A stretch of 64,000 bases of DNA from Rhodospirillaceae bacterium (GCA_029243545.1 JAQWRV010000029.1:34295-98294), one strand, 5' to 3'. Counted from the stretch's first letter, positions 8,687 to 19,507 are shown. Notes: a model not told the origin generated them from the sequence alone. Made by a program: numbers and translations.

Positions 8687-10168
8687 ATGACGATTCAAGA
8701 CAGTCAAGAAATCCTCACCACGGCAGAGATGTGCGCGGCGGACAACGGTGCAGTAGCTGCCGGGTTGTCCAGTTTGGCGCTGATGGAGGCGGCGGGAACC
8801 CATTGTGCCCGTGAAATCCGACAACGCTGGCAGCGGCAGCGCACAGCCGTGCTGTGTGGACCCGGTAACAATGGAGGGGACGGGCTTGTTATCGCCAGAC
8901 TGCTGAAAAAGGCTGGCTGGCCAGTTCGAGTGGGTTTGTTGGGCGATATTGGCAGTCTCAAAGGGGATGCGGCCATCAATGCCCAGCGCTGGATCGAAGA
9001 CGGCGGCGCTATCGAGCCACTGACCACAGACCTTGTAATCTGGGGTGGTCTGGCAGTGGATGCCCTGTTCGGCGCCGGGTTATCCCGGCCGTTGGAGGGT
9101 GAGGCCCGGACTGTTGTGCGGGCGCTACTGGAGCTGGGCCGGCCCTGTATGGCCGTGGATGTACCGAGCGGCGTTAGCGGCGATACCGGTGAAATTGTCG
9201 GCGGTGAAGATGGTCTTGCGCCTCTGTGCGACCTATCGGTGACCTTCTTCCGGCCCAAGCCAGGCCATTTACTCTGTCCAGGCAGGGATCTGTGCGGCGA
9301 TGTGGCTGTGGTGGATATTGGTATACCCGAACAGGTTTTGGGCACAATCGTGCCGCGGACCTTGGTTAACGGCCCCGGTCTTTGGTTCATTCCGGTGCCC
9401 GGGACCGCGGACCACAAGTATTCGCGCGGGCATGCCGTGGTGTTCGGCAGCGCGGCAATGAGCGGCGCGGCGCGGCTGGCAACGGCTGCGGCGCGTCGTA
9501 TCGGTGCAGGACTGGTCACGGTGGCCGCCCCGAAAGAGGTCGAAGTCACTTATCGGGACGATGCGCCAGGTGTCATGTTCGAGCCTATCAAGACCGATGA
9601 CCCTGCGGTCTTTGTCCTAGCTGACACGCGCCGCAATGCAGTACTTATTGGGCCAGGCTACGGTGTGGGTGAGGCGACCCGAACAAGGGTATTGGACGTT
9701 CTGAGAGCAGGGCGGGCTGTGGTGCTGGACGCAGATGCCCTGACAAGCTTTGCCGATGTACCCGCGCTCTTGTTTAGCGCCATTCAGGAAGCGACCGGTG
9801 ACGTAGTGCTTACGCCCCATGAAGGCGAGTTCACTATGTTGTTCGGTTCTGACGGCCGTGACCGCTTGGCACGGGCCCGCGCTGCGGCGCACGCCAGTGG
9901 CGCCGTGGTCCTGCTCAAAGGCAGTGATACCGTCATCGCAGCTCCAGACGGGCTTAGTGCGATCTGCACAGACATGCCGTCTTGGCTCGCCACGGCTGGG
10001 TCAGGCGACGTGCTTTCTGGTCTCATCACCGGGCTTCTGGCCCAAAGTATGGATGCTTGGGGGGCCACCTGCGCCGCAGCCTGGGTTCACGGCGCGGCGG
10101 CTAAGGCAGCGGGACCCCGACTGATTGCTGAGGATCTGGTCGAAAATACCTCCTCAATGGCTCCTTAA
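8687..10168 (+). CDS. nnr: bifunctional NAD(P)H-hydrate repair enzyme (epimerase + ADP-dependent dehydratase)
   Basis: YjeF_N motif CGPGNNGGDG, and the C-terminal carbohydrate-kinase-like motif AGSGDVLSG. Confidence 0.9.
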   Translation: MTIQDSQEILTTAEMCAADNGAVAAGLSSLALMEAAGTHCAREIRQRWQRQRTAVLCGPGNNGGDGLVIARLLKKAGWPVRVGLLGDIGSLKGDAAINAQRWIEDGGAIEPLTTDLVIWGGLAVDALFGAGLSRPLEGEARTVVRALLELGRPCMAVDVPSGVSGDTGEIVGGEDGLAPLCDLSVTFFRPKPGHLLCPGRDLCGDVAVVDIGIPEQVLGTIVPRTLVNGPGLWFIPVPGTADHKYSRGHAVVFGSAAMSGAARLATAAARRIGAGLVTVAAPKEVEVTYRDDAPGVMFEPIKTDDPAVFVLADTRRNAVLIGPGYGVGEATRTRVLDVLRAGRAVVLDADALTSFADVPALLFSAIQEATGDVVLTPHEGEFTMLFGSDGRDRLARARAAAHASGAVVLLKGSDTVIAAPDGLSAICTDMPSWLATAGSGDVLSGLITGLLAQSMDAWGATCAAAWVHGAAAKAAGPRLIAEDLVENTSSMAP

Positions 10169-10272
10169 TTTCGTTGTTCTTACCTTCGCTGTTGCCTATT
10201 TTCCGCCATCCCATTAAACGGGTGCGGCGCTGGAGGGTTACCTCCTTCCAAAGCTGCGGTTTCGGCCGGTGG

Positions 10273-10359
10273 GCGGGTGTGGCGGAATTGGTAGACGCGC
10301 TAGGTTTAGGTCCTAGTGACTGCAAAGTCGTGGGGGTTCAAGTCCCTTCACCCGCACCA
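10273..10359 (+). tRNA. tRNA-Leu (anticodon TAG), type II with long variable arm, CCA encoded
   Basis: 7-bp acceptor stem GCGGGTG/CACCCGC. Anticodon arm CTAGG-TTTAGGT-CCTAG. T-arm GGGGG-TTCAAGT-CCCTT. 87 nt. Confidence 0.95.
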
Positions 10360-10366
10360 TTCTCGT

Positions 10367-10391
10367 TGGACAGGTCAGCTGGACAGGTCAG
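10367..10391 (+). repeat. perfect 12-nt direct repeat TGGACAGGTCAG x2 separated by 1 nt
   Basis: Read directly: 10367-10378 and 10380-10391, starting 8 nt after the tRNA-Leu CCA end. Confidence 0.85.
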
Positions 10392-10533
10392 GATCGGGAA
10401 CATGCCAGCAGGTGATATGCGGTACATATGACTGAAGCGAGTTGCAAGGCGTAGTTAGGGTAGGGTTTGGCACAAACATTTCGCGTCTTTAAAAGTGTTT
10501 TTAACGATTTGACGCACACCTAAGGGTTTATTG

Positions 10534-11889
10534 ATGGAAATTACGGAAAAAAGTTCAGAAGGCTTAAAGCGGGAATACAGCATCATCGTTGGTGCCGCAG
10601 AGATCGAGGGTAAGGTGACCACACGTCTGACGGAAGTCGGGCAGCAGGTCCGTCTGCCCGGTTTCAGGCCTGGCAAAGTTCCTATGAACCTACTCAAGAA
10701 ACGATTTGGTGAGTCCGTACGCGGTGAGGTGCTTGAGTCCACGATTCAAGAAAGCACCCAAAAAGCGCTCGAAGAAAAAGCGCTCAAACCCGCGATCCAG
10801 CCGAAGGTTGACCTGGTCTCCTTCGAAGAAGGGGAAGACCTAGAGTTTTCCGTTGAGCTTGAGTTGCTGCCGGACATCGAACTCGGCGATATGTCCTCTC
10901 TTAAAATCGAGAAACTGGTCGCCAAGCCCGGCGACGACCAAGTGAATGAAGCCCTTGGGAAAATGGCCGAAAACAATAAGGCCTCCAAGCCGACAGATGA
11001 GAAGCGCGTCGCTGCATTGGGCGATGTTGTGGTTATGGATTTTGTGGGGACCGTCGACGGCGAAGAATTTGAAGGCGGCAAGGCCGATGATTTTAAACTT
11101 GAACTAGGATCAGGCCGCTTTATCCCGGGTTTTGAGGAGCAGCTGGTCGGCTTGGAGCCAGATAGCCAGAATGACGTCAAAGTCACCTTTCCTGAGGACT
11201 ATCACAGTTCAGACCTAGCCGGAAAAGAGGCCGTTTTCAGCGTGTCGCTGAAGGGTCTGGAAGTTATTGATACGCCTGATGTTGACGGTGAATTCGCTAA
11301 ATCCATGGGTTTTGATGATCTCGCGGCATTGACCGAAGCCGTTACAAAGCAAATCGGTTCGGATTATGATTACTTGTCGCGCATGAAGATTAAGCGGGAA
11401 TTGCTGGACCAATTGTCCGATCTTCATACTTTTGAGGTTCCCCCAGCCATGCTGGAGATGGAATTTAACAATATCTGGCAGCAGGTTGAGAAAGCAAAAG
11501 AATCGGATCAACTAGACCCTGAAGATGTCGGCAAGTCCGACGACAAATTGAAGGCAGACTATAACACCATTGCAGAACGCCGTGTGCGCTTGGGCCTTCT
11601 TCTGTCTGATATCGGGCAAAAGAACAATCTGCAGGTGCCGCCTGAAGAAATATCTCAGGCGATCGCCCGAGAGGCCAGCCGCTTCCCAGGCCAAGAGCAG
11701 TCCGTGGTGAGCTATTACCAAAGTAACCCCCAGGCTGTGGAGCAGGTGCGCGCACCACTGTTTGAGGACAAAGTCATTGACTTCCTTCTTGAGCTTGCCC
11801 AAGTGACGGAGAAGGAAGTATCGCCGGACACGTTGATTGAAGAGGCCGGTGGAACTGAAACAGATGGACCTGTGCCAAGCGCGAGCTAG
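10534..11889 (+). CDS. tig: trigger factor
   Basis: Full-length trigger factor pattern (ribosome-binding GFRPGKVP motif, central FKBP-type PPIase). ATG at 10534 preferred over TTG at 10531. Confidence 0.95.
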   Translation: MEITEKSSEGLKREYSIIVGAAEIEGKVTTRLTEVGQQVRLPGFRPGKVPMNLLKKRFGESVRGEVLESTIQESTQKALEEKALKPAIQPKVDLVSFEEGEDLEFSVELELLPDIELGDMSSLKIEKLVAKPGDDQVNEALGKMAENNKASKPTDEKRVAALGDVVVMDFVGTVDGEEFEGGKADDFKLELGSGRFIPGFEEQLVGLEPDSQNDVKVTFPEDYHSSDLAGKEAVFSVSLKGLEVIDTPDVDGEFAKSMGFDDLAALTEAVTKQIGSDYDYLSRMKIKRELLDQLSDLHTFEVPPAMLEMEFNNIWQQVEKAKESDQLDPEDVGKSDDKLKADYNTIAERRVRLGLLLSDIGQKNNLQVPPEEISQAIAREASRFPGQEQSVVSYYQSNPQAVEQVRAPLFEDKVIDFLLELAQVTEKEVSPDTLIEEAGGTETDGPVPSAS

Positions 11890-11952
11890 GTAAGGCCAGT
11901 CCAGCCGGGCTAAATCGAGATTATATCGAGCCCGTAGTGAGCGTAAGAGAGA

Positions 11953-12621
11953 ATGGTAATGCAGGATCGCGATCCCATCGAAGTGTATGACAATACCCTG
12001 GTTCCGATGGTGGTCGAACAGACCAACCGCGGCGAACGGTCCTATGACATCTATTCCCGGCTTCTCAAGGAGCGCATTATCTTTTTGACCGGGCAGGTCA
12101 ACGACGTTGTTTCGTCACTGATTTGTGCTCAGCTGCTCTTTCTTGAGTCGGAAAACCCGACCAAGGATATATCTTTTTACGTAAATTCCCCAGGTGGCGT
12201 GGTGACGTCCGGCATGGCCATCTACGACACCATGAAATACGTCCGCCCTGATATTTCGACTGTCTGCGTGGGGCAGGCTGCCTCAATGGGCTCGCTCTTG
12301 CTGGCGGGCGGGGCGGTGGAAAAGCGCTACGCCTTGCCAAACGCAAGGATCATGGTTCATCAGCCATCGGGTGGTTTCCAGGGGCAGGCGGCGGACATTG
12401 AAATTCAAGCGCGTGAAATTTTGGCTCTCCGGGCAAGGCTAAATGAGATTTATGTGGAACATACCGGCCAGACCTTAAAGGCCATCGAAAAGGCCATGGA
12501 CCGGGACAACTACATGACTGCGGCAGAAGCAAAAGAATTCGGCATTATTGATACCGTGGTTACAAAACGGCCGAGGCCGGATGGCGAAGATGATGCCGAT
12601 GAAAAGGGTGAAGACGCCTAA
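11953..12621 (+). CDS. clpP: ATP-dependent Clp protease proteolytic subunit
   Basis: ClpP catalytic-serine context GQAASMGS and typical N-terminus [18 protein letters not shown]. Confidence 0.95.
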   Translation: MVMQDRDPIEVYDNTLVPMVVEQTNRGERSYDIYSRLLKERIIFLTGQVNDVVSSLICAQLLFLESENPTKDISFYVNSPGGVVTSGMAIYDTMKYVRPDISTVCVGQAASMGSLLLAGGAVEKRYALPNARIMVHQPSGGFQGQAADIEIQAREILALRARLNEIYVEHTGQTLKAIEKAMDRDNYMTAAEAKEFGIIDTVVTKRPRPDGEDDADEKGEDA

Positions 12622-12813
12622 AACGGGCTTTAGGATACCTTCTTACCCTTCAGGATAGGCTGAAATCACGCCTTTATTGCTGTATTAACCGGATAGTCAG
12701 GGTTTTGTCGTTGTCTTGCCCCGAATACGTCGTTTAACATCGCCTCCACGCAATATGTGGTGGCAATGCCGGTCTAAAACCACAAGATCAGTGGGGCCAG
12801 CGGAGAGAAGTTC

Positions 12814-14079
12814 ATGACTAAATCGTCAAATGGCGATTCAAAAAATACCCTCTACTGTTCTTTCTGCGGAAAGAGTCAGCATGAGGTTCGGAAGTTGATC
12901 GCCGGCCCGACAGTATTCATCTGTGATGAATGCGTTGAGCTGTGCATGGACATCATCCGGGAAGAAAACAAAACGAATCTGGTCAAATCGCGGGAGGGTG
13001 TGCCAACGCCGCTCGACATACTTACCGTGCTTGATGATTACGTGATCGGCCAGGCCCATGCCAAGCGGGTCCTGTCTGTTGCGGTCCATAACCACTACAA
13101 GCGTCTCGGCTCCAATGCCAATAATGCCGATATAGAGATTGCCAAATCAAACATCTTGCTGATTGGGCCTACCGGCTGCGGAAAGACTTTACTGGCGCAA
13201 ACACTGGCGCGAATTTTAGACGTGCCGTTTACTATGGCCGATGCGACCACGCTCACAGAAGCGGGTTATGTCGGTGAAGATGTTGAGAACATCATTCTCA
13301 AATTGCTTCAAGCCGCGGACTACAACGTAGAGCGAGCACAGCGTGGCATTGTTTACATCGATGAAATCGACAAGATTAGCCGCAAGTCTGATAACCCCTC
13401 CATTACACGTGATGTTTCGGGTGAGGGTGTCCAACAGGCTCTGCTCAAAATTATGGAAGGCACGGTTGCGTCTGTTCCACCGCAAGGTGGGCGCAAGCAT
13501 CCGCAGCAGGAATTCCTCCAGGTTGACACCACAAACATCCTATTCGTCTGCGGCGGCGCTTTTGCCGGCTTGGACAAAATTATCTCTCAACGTGGCAAGG
13601 GGACGTCAATTGGATTCGGCGCCGATGTACGCACGGCTGATGATCGCCAGACGGGTCAGATTTTGCGCGGCATCGAACCAGAAGATCTGCTCAAGTTCGG
13701 AATGATTCCTGAGTTTGTAGGCCGGGTACCTGTATTGGCGACACTTGAAGACCTGGATCAAGACGCCCTGATAGAGATTCTAACCAAGCCAAAGAATGCG
13801 CTGGTCAAGCAGTACGGCCGCCTCTTTGATATCGAAAATGTCGCCCTGTCCTTTACCGACGATGCATTAGCCGTGATCGCCCGCAAGGCAATCAAACGTA
13901 AAACCGGCGCGCGTGGTCTGAGGTCCATCATGGAAGGCATTCTATTGGACACGATGTTCGATCTACCCAGCCTTGAAGGGGTGGAAGAGATTGTGGTCAA
14001 TGGAGAGGTTACAGAAGGACGCGGGAAGCCTCTGTATATCTATGCTGACCGGATCGAAGATGTTGGCACACCGGCGTAG
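12814..14079 (+). CDS. clpX: ATP-dependent Clp protease ATP-binding subunit ClpX
   Basis: N-terminal zinc ribbon CSFCGK...CDEC, Walker A GPTGCGKT, Walker B IVYIDEID. Confidence 0.97.
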   Translation: MTKSSNGDSKNTLYCSFCGKSQHEVRKLIAGPTVFICDECVELCMDIIREENKTNLVKSREGVPTPLDILTVLDDYVIGQAHAKRVLSVAVHNHYKRLGSNANNADIEIAKSNILLIGPTGCGKTLLAQTLARILDVPFTMADATTLTEAGYVGEDVENIILKLLQAADYNVERAQRGIVYIDEIDKISRKSDNPSITRDVSGEGVQQALLKIMEGTVASVPPQGGRKHPQQEFLQVDTTNILFVCGGAFAGLDKIISQRGKGTSIGFGADVRTADDRQTGQILRGIEPEDLLKFGMIPEFVGRVPVLATLEDLDQDALIEILTKPKNALVKQYGRLFDIENVALSFTDDALAVIARKAIKRKTGARGLRSIMEGILLDTMFDLPSLEGVEEIVVNGEVTEGRGKPLYIYADRIEDVGTPA

Positions 14080-14270
14080 TGTAATTGCTTCGGCTGTTTT
14101 AAAATTCTAAGGGGGCCAATTGCGCGCCGCAAAAGTACTCCCTAAGTAAGAGACGTGAAGTCGCGCAATGGAACCCTTCGGGGGTGTTAGAAGTATAACA
14201 ATAGCGGTTCGGCTGGACCGTAGGCCGCATCGGACTCTTTCCGGTGCGCCAAAGAGCGAGGTAAGTACAC

Positions 14271-16676
14271 GTGAGTTCCGATAAGGGTCAGTTGTATCCC
14301 GTCCTTCCACTGAGAGACATCGTGGTCTTTCCGCACATGATAGTTCCTTTGTTCGTCGGCCGTGAGAAATCGGTCAAAGCGCTGGAAGATGTCATGGGCG
14401 ATGACAAGCAAATATTGCTTGTGGCGCAAAAAGATGCCGCGGTTGATGACCCAGCGTCGGATGACATCTACGACGTCGGCACTATTTCCACTGTCCTGCA
14501 ACTCCTCAAGTTACCTGATGGGACTGTGAAGGTGTTGGTCGAAGGCGGCCAGCGCGCCCGTATTACAGGCTACAAAGAAAACGAAACTTTTTTCGAAGCA
14601 TATGCAGAGCCGTTCTCGAATGAGGAACAAGAAGAACAAGAGCTTGAAGCGCTTTCTCGCTCGGTCGTGAGTGAGTTCGAGCAATACATCAAGCTCAACA
14701 AGAAAATACCGCCAGAAGTGTTGGTGTCGATCAATCAGATCGAAGAGTCGTCTAAGCTCGCCGATACAGTTGCGTCCCATTTAGCCTTGAAGATCGCCGA
14801 CAAGCAGGAATTGCTTGAGCTGGTAACCGTTTCCGAACGGCTCGAGAAGATTTATGGCGTTATGGAAGGTGAGATCAGTGTTCTCCAAGTTGAGAAGCGG
14901 ATCCGTAATCGCGTCAAACGCCAAATGGAAAAAACACAACGCGAATATTATTTGAATGAACAAATGAAGGCCATTCAAAAAGAATTGGGTGAGACGGAAG
15001 ACGGCCGCGACGAAGTCGCCGAGTTTGAAGAAAAAATTAAAAAGTCCAGGATGTCTAAAGAGGCCAAAGAAAAGGCCCACAGCGAGCTCAAGAAGTTGAA
15101 GGCGATGAGCCCTATGTCCGCTGAATCGACAGTCGTGCGCAACTATCTCGACTGGATTACCGACATTCCATGGAAGAGGCGTTCGAAAGTCAAAACCGAC
15201 CTTAAAGAGGCGGAAGACCAATTGGATCGCGATCACTTTGGATTAGAGAAGGTCAAAGAGCGCATCGTTGAGTATCTGGCCGTTCAACAGCGCACCAAAA
15301 AGATCAAAGGGCCAATTTTATGCCTGGTAGGCCCCCCGGGCGTGGGTAAAACCTCGCTGGGCAAGTCGGTTGCGAAGGCTACAGGACGCAGCTTTGTCCG
15401 CATGTCATTGGGTGGCGTGCGCGATGAAGCTGAAGTGCGTGGTCACCGCCGGACGTACATTGGATCCATGCCAGGTAAAGTCATCCAGGGCATGAAAAAA
15501 GCGAAGACTTCCAATCCGCTATTTTTGTTGGATGAGATAGACAAGCTCGGCAACGACTGGCGTGGAGATCCGTCGTCGGCACTTTTGGAAGTGCTCGATC
15601 CTGAACAAAACTCGGCCTTCCAAGATCACTATTTGGAAGTCGACTACGATTTATCAGACGTGCTCTTCATTACTACAGCGAACACACTGCGCATGCCGCA
15701 GCCGTTGCTGGATCGCATGGAGACCATTCGTCTGTCGGGCTACACCGAAGACGAGAAGCTTGAAATCGCCAAGCGGCACCTCATCAGCAAACAACTCGAA
15801 GCGCATGGTCTCAAAGAAAAAGAGTGGTCGATCTCTGATCAGGCGCTGCGTGACCTGATCCGTTACTACACGCGCGAGGCTGGGGTGCGCAACTTAGAAC
15901 GCGAGTTAGCCAAGCTGATCCGCAAAGCAACCAAAGAAATTATCGTCGATAAGCTAGATGGTGTGAAAGTCAAATGTCAAAATCTTAAAAAATTTGCTGG
16001 CATCAAGAAGTTCCGTTACGGCGAAGCCGAGCAAGAGGATCTCGTGGGTGTGACCACTGGACTGGCTTGGACTGAAGTCGGTGGCGAAATTCTATCGATC
16101 GAAGCTGTGGTTATGCCGGGCAAAGGGCAGGTGACCCTGACAGGCAAGCTCGGTGATGTGATGAAGGAATCTATTCAGGCTGCCCGTTCTTATGTACGAA
16201 GTCGGGCGCTGCCGTTTGGGATTAAACCCAGAATCTTTGATAAGAACGATATCCACCTCCACGTACCTGAAGCGGCGACACCAAAAGACGGGCCGTCTGC
16301 GGGTGTGGGGATGTGCACGTCTATTGTTTCCGCCTTGACCGGAATACCCGTACGCAAAGATGTCGCTATGACGGGTGAGATCACTTTGCGGGGGCGCGTG
16401 CTGCCCATCGGCGGCCTCAAAGAGAAGCTATTGGCAGCTCTGCGCGGTGGTATCAAGACGGTTCTTATTCCCAAAGAGAATGAGAAAGATCTGGAAGAGA
16501 TTCCGGACAACGTCAAACGCGATCTCACCATCATTCCGGTTAGCACGGCTGATGAAGTGCTTGAAAAAGCATTGACCCAGCCATTGGTGCCGCTTGATCT
16601 CGATGATGTGGAAGAGGAGGGCGTGGCGGCCAGCGCTGCTGCTGGCACGGAAGACGACGTTCTTGTTACGCATTAG
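14271..16676 (+). CDS. lon: Lon protease (GTG start)
   Basis: LON N-domain [15 protein letters not shown], Walker A GPPGVGKT, protease serine motif [12 protein letters not shown] Shine-Dalgarno upstream of the GTG. Confidence 0.97.
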   Translation: MSSDKGQLYPVLPLRDIVVFPHMIVPLFVGREKSVKALEDVMGDDKQILLVAQKDAAVDDPASDDIYDVGTISTVLQLLKLPDGTVKVLVEGGQRARITGYKENETFFEAYAEPFSNEEQEEQELEALSRSVVSEFEQYIKLNKKIPPEVLVSINQIEESSKLADTVASHLALKIADKQELLELVTVSERLEKIYGVMEGEISVLQVEKRIRNRVKRQMEKTQREYYLNEQMKAIQKELGETEDGRDEVAEFEEKIKKSRMSKEAKEKAHSELKKLKAMSPMSAESTVVRNYLDWITDIPWKRRSKVKTDLKEAEDQLDRDHFGLEKVKERIVEYLAVQQRTKKIKGPILCLVGPPGVGKTSLGKSVAKATGRSFVRMSLGGVRDEAEVRGHRRTYIGSMPGKVIQGMKKAKTSNPLFLLDEIDKLGNDWRGDPSSALLEVLDPEQNSAFQDHYLEVDYDLSDVLFITTANTLRMPQPLLDRMETIRLSGYTEDEKLEIAKRHLISKQLEAHGLKEKEWSISDQALRDLIRYYTREAGVRNLERELAKLIRKATKEIIVDKLDGVKVKCQNLKKFAGIKKFRYGEAEQEDLVGVTTGLAWTEVGGEILSIEAVVMPGKGQVTLTGKLGDVMKESIQAARSYVRSRALPFGIKPRIFDKNDIHLHVPEAATPKDGPSAGVGMCTSIVSALTGIPVRKDVAMTGEITLRGRVLPIGGLKEKLLAALRGGIKTVLIPKENEKDLEEIPDNVKRDLTIIPVSTADEVLEKALTQPLVPLDLDDVEEEGVAASAAAGTEDDVLVTH

Positions 16677-17014
16677 GCCATCACAATATGTAGTGGTTTC
16701 CGAGTCTCTGAGGAGAACCAGAGTCACGGATTTCGGCCCTTTCTGGCGTTTGGCCACCCCTAAATAAGGTATGAAAGGCCGGTTTTCTGGCTTGACAAGG
16801 TAAAAAGGGCATTATTTCCCAGTTTTCCAACGTTTCTTCAGCTTCTTTCCATTGACGCACAGAAAATCTGCCCCTTACACTCAGAGTTATCCCAGCGTAA
16901 AAAGCTGCGGTTTTCTCGCATTTGCAAGGGCCCGTAGTTCGTTGGAGAACATCATGACGGTGCTGGGTTGTTCTCAATTGTTTTTATAGTCAGACATTAC
17001 ATAAGGGGTCAGAT

Positions 17015-17290
17015 ATGAACAAAAACGACCTAATTGCCGCAGTGGCAGACGATACCTCGCTGACCAAGGCAGATGCCGCGAAAGCGGTAGACAGTTTTAT
17101 AGATACGGTCGTGGGGTCTCTCAAAGGCGGTACTGAAGTTCGTTTGGTTGGGTTCGGTACCTTTAGTGTTGCCGATCGGGCAGCCAGTGAAGGCCGGAAT
17201 CCTCGCACCGGCGAAAAGATTCAAATTCCCGCATCCAAGCAGCCTAAGTTTAAAGCCGGCAAAGGCTTAAAAGACGCGGTAAACAAGTAG
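17015..17290 (+). CDS. hup: DNA-binding protein HU
   Basis: 91 aa with the HU/IHF fold and beta-arm GRNPRTGEKIQIP. Confidence 0.95.
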   Translation: MNKNDLIAAVADDTSLTKADAAKAVDSFIDTVVGSLKGGTEVRLVGFGTFSVADRAASEGRNPRTGEKIQIPASKQPKFKAGKGLKDAVNK

Positions 17291-17318
17291 ACCGCCGTCC
17301 TAGACGGAGTCTGAAATT

Positions 17319-17354
17319 ATGCCGGTTGCCTTGTGCAACCGGCATAATTCTTTT
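17319..17354 (+). terminator. rho-independent terminator after hup
   Basis: Perfect 11-bp stem ATGCCGGTTGC / GCAACCGGCAT with a 5-nt loop, followed by AATTCTTTT. Confidence 0.75.
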
Positions 17355-17466
17355 CGGCTTAAGGGTAACAAGCCCATCTTTTCGTTTGATCCGGTAAACG
17401 TAAATGCCTAGTGTTCCGCCGCTTGGGTGGTCGGATGGTCATCTTAGGCTTATGGATAATGGTTAG

Positions 17467-17542
17467 GGGCGATTAGCTCAGCTGGGAGAGCACCTCGTTT
17501 ACACCGAGGGGGTCGGCAGTTCGATCCTGTCATCGCCCACCA
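17467..17542 (+). tRNA. tRNA-Val (anticodon TAC), CCA encoded
   Basis: Acceptor GGGCGAT/ATCGCCC, D-loop AGCTCAGCTGGGAGAGC, anticodon arm CCTCG-TTTACAC-CGAGG, T-loop GGTTCGATCC-like. 76 nt. Confidence 0.95.
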
Positions 17543-17588
17543 TTCCATTGGAACGCCTTTATTCGGGCAGTCAGCTTGTTGAAAGCGC

Positions 17589-18392
17589 ATGGACTCAGGG
17601 TTACCGCTCAAAATAGCGCTCATCGGCAATGGCAGCATTGCAACCGTCGTCGCCCACCATTGCGAAGGGGCGCCGGACCGGCTGCATATTGTAGGGGCCT
17701 TGGGTTTACCCGAAGATCTGACGAGCGTCGGGCAGCATCCTCTGGTCCAGGACCTCTCGGCTTTACTGGCTGAGATGCCGGACCTTGTCGTCGAATGTGC
17801 GGCCCAAGAAGCTGCTCAAGTCCATGGCACTGCGGTTCTGGATTCAGGCATAGATCTGATGGTGATTTCGGTTGGAGCTTTTGCGGATCCTATCTTGCAT
17901 GACCGACTAGAAACGGCGGCAGTGCGTGGGAAGGCAAAGATTATTATCCCGGCTGGGGCGCTGGCTGGACTGGATGCTCTTGGTGCGGCTGCCTTGGATA
18001 CTTTGGATTATGTCTCGCTGACGACACGAAAACCTCCACTGTCCTGGGCCGGGGCCCCAGGAGTGGCTGACATAGATCTTTTAGCCTTGAGGGGCGCAAC
18101 GACGATATTTGAGGGAACTGCTCGGGAGGCGGCCCGGCGATTTCCTAAGAATGCGAACGTAGCAGCGGCTTTAGCGCTTTCAGGATTAGGGATGGATGCA
18201 ACCCAGGTCACGCTCATCGCTGACCCTCAGGCAAGCAGAAACAGCCATCAAGTCGAGGCTAGGGGCGCTTTTGGACGACTTTCTGCGACCATAGAGGCAG
18301 AACCTTCGCCCGATAATCCAAAGACCTCCTATATCGCGTCGCTGAGTATAGTCAGAATGCTGGACCGGTTAACCGCCCAATTAGCCAATTAA
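17589..18392 (+). CDS. nadX: L-aspartate dehydrogenase family protein (NadX-like)
   Basis: Matches the NadX landmarks by eye: VVECA..EA, AGALAGLDAL, FEGTAREAARRFPKNANVAA, IADP...NSH, PSPDNPKTS. Confidence 0.8.
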   Translation: MDSGLPLKIALIGNGSIATVVAHHCEGAPDRLHIVGALGLPEDLTSVGQHPLVQDLSALLAEMPDLVVECAAQEAAQVHGTAVLDSGIDLMVISVGAFADPILHDRLETAAVRGKAKIIIPAGALAGLDALGAAALDTLDYVSLTTRKPPLSWAGAPGVADIDLLALRGATTIFEGTAREAARRFPKNANVAAALALSGLGMDATQVTLIADPQASRNSHQVEARGAFGRLSATIEAEPSPDNPKTSYIASLSIVRMLDRLTAQLAN

Positions 18393-18584
18393 CGGGCAAA
18401 ATCAGGCTAGATGCTCAGAAAAAAATTTCCCAGCTCAATATAAGTTTTACTGCGTTCGGGCCGTTTATAACCTTGCCTTACAGGCTAAGAATCATACCCT
18501 AATACTTGAGCTTCGAAAGCTGCTTTTAAAGTATTGCTATTGGTCTGATGGGGAGCCCGGCCCAATGGCAAATAAGCGGGCCGG

Positions 18585-19208
18585 TTGTGGGGCCAGAGTT
18601 GGACAGGGCCGAGTGGGACGACTCAATCGATAGCTCTGGTCATCAGGGCCGACAACACTGTCCAAGCCAGAGTAAGCGAGGCGACTAACCCGGAAGGTTT
18701 TTACACCTTCACCGCGCCTACAGACGTTAAGGCAACTGCCGCACTCAGTGGCGCTGCGCTCGGCTCAGAAGTTAGATTTTTTAACTTAGCCGGTGGATCA
18801 CAAGGGGGCGCGACAGCAGACAGTAATCGCAATGCGTCGATTACGATTAGCGCTGTAAGGAGTGAGTCTTATTTTGTGTCGGTGCTGGTGACCAGTGATA
18901 CGGATTATTCATTAGATCTCACCTTTAATGAGAAAAATCCTGCCGATAGCGTTTTTACTCCCCTCAACGTTAGTCTACCGCTACTGCTTGATGCGGTGAC
19001 GTTGGATGCCGCCAGAAATCCCCCAGACTCATATCGTGTCGTCGCACCGAATGACGCAACTTTAGTGGCGAACACCTCGCTGGTAACGGGTGATCTAGGT
19101 TTACGCATATACGATAGTCTTCGCATTTTACTTAACGTGATTGCTTTAAAGCCCACCAGTTCAAGTGCTGAAGGCCTCTACGATATCAATAGTTCTTTTG
19201 CGGTTTAA
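18585..19208 (+). CDS. orphan hypothetical protein with weak PPC (pre-peptidase C-terminal)-like beta-sandwich repeats; possibly a remnant
   Basis: Only a TTG start, and no signal peptide or Shine-Dalgarno. The patterns EGFYTFTAP...SYFVSVLVTSDTDYSLDL and DSYRVVAPND...GDLGLRIYDS resemble PPC-domain signatures. Looks less GC-rich than its neighbours by eye. Confidence 0.3.
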   Translation: MWGQSWTGPSGTTQSIALVIRADNTVQARVSEATNPEGFYTFTAPTDVKATAALSGAALGSEVRFFNLAGGSQGGATADSNRNASITISAVRSESYFVSVLVTSDTDYSLDLTFNEKNPADSVFTPLNVSLPLLLDAVTLDAARNPPDSYRVVAPNDATLVANTSLVTGDLGLRIYDSLRILLNVIALKPTSSSAEGLYDINSSFAV

Positions 19209-19507
19209 TTCAGTGCTCAGTCTGCGGCATAGGTAAAGGTTGTTGACGAAGATCCAGTTGTTTCTTAACGCCGCTTGAGGTTCTGTTTCGCATGCGGAAT
19301 CAGGGGTTTTGTCAATGCGTAAGTTGGCTTGACTTGCGCGGTTAGCAACGGCTACACCAACCGTAGTCGGGGACAGTTAGAAGGCCGCGGAGCCGCTGTG
19401 AAAAGCCTAACTCTGCAAGCGCTTAGACCGGGTCCCATAGACGGCCGAAACACAGCGCCAAAGGCACCTTTACTAATGGTGCAGGCGGGCAACGGACTGA
19501 GACGGGA

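Noticed and set aside
8704-9549. 281-aa minus-strand ORF
   Set aside because: It is antisense to nnr and Ser/Pro/Arg/Ala-rich, so it is a GC-driven open frame.
10381-10415. GGTCAGGATCGGGAACATGCCAGCAGG, for resemblance to the SRP (4.5S) RNA conserved core
   Set aside because: The invariant GGAAGCAGCC segment and the flanking helix are absent, so the similarity is superficial.
16792-16820. TTGACA hexamer as a sigma-70 promoter for hup
   Set aside because: No acceptable -10 hexamer lies at 16-18 nt spacing. The only TA-rich hexamers are 12-14 nt away.
17467-19300. Genomic island integrated at tRNA-Val
   Set aside because: There is no integrase or recombinase, no direct repeat of the tRNA 3' end downstream, and only two small genes. 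The evidence is insufficient to call a mobile element.
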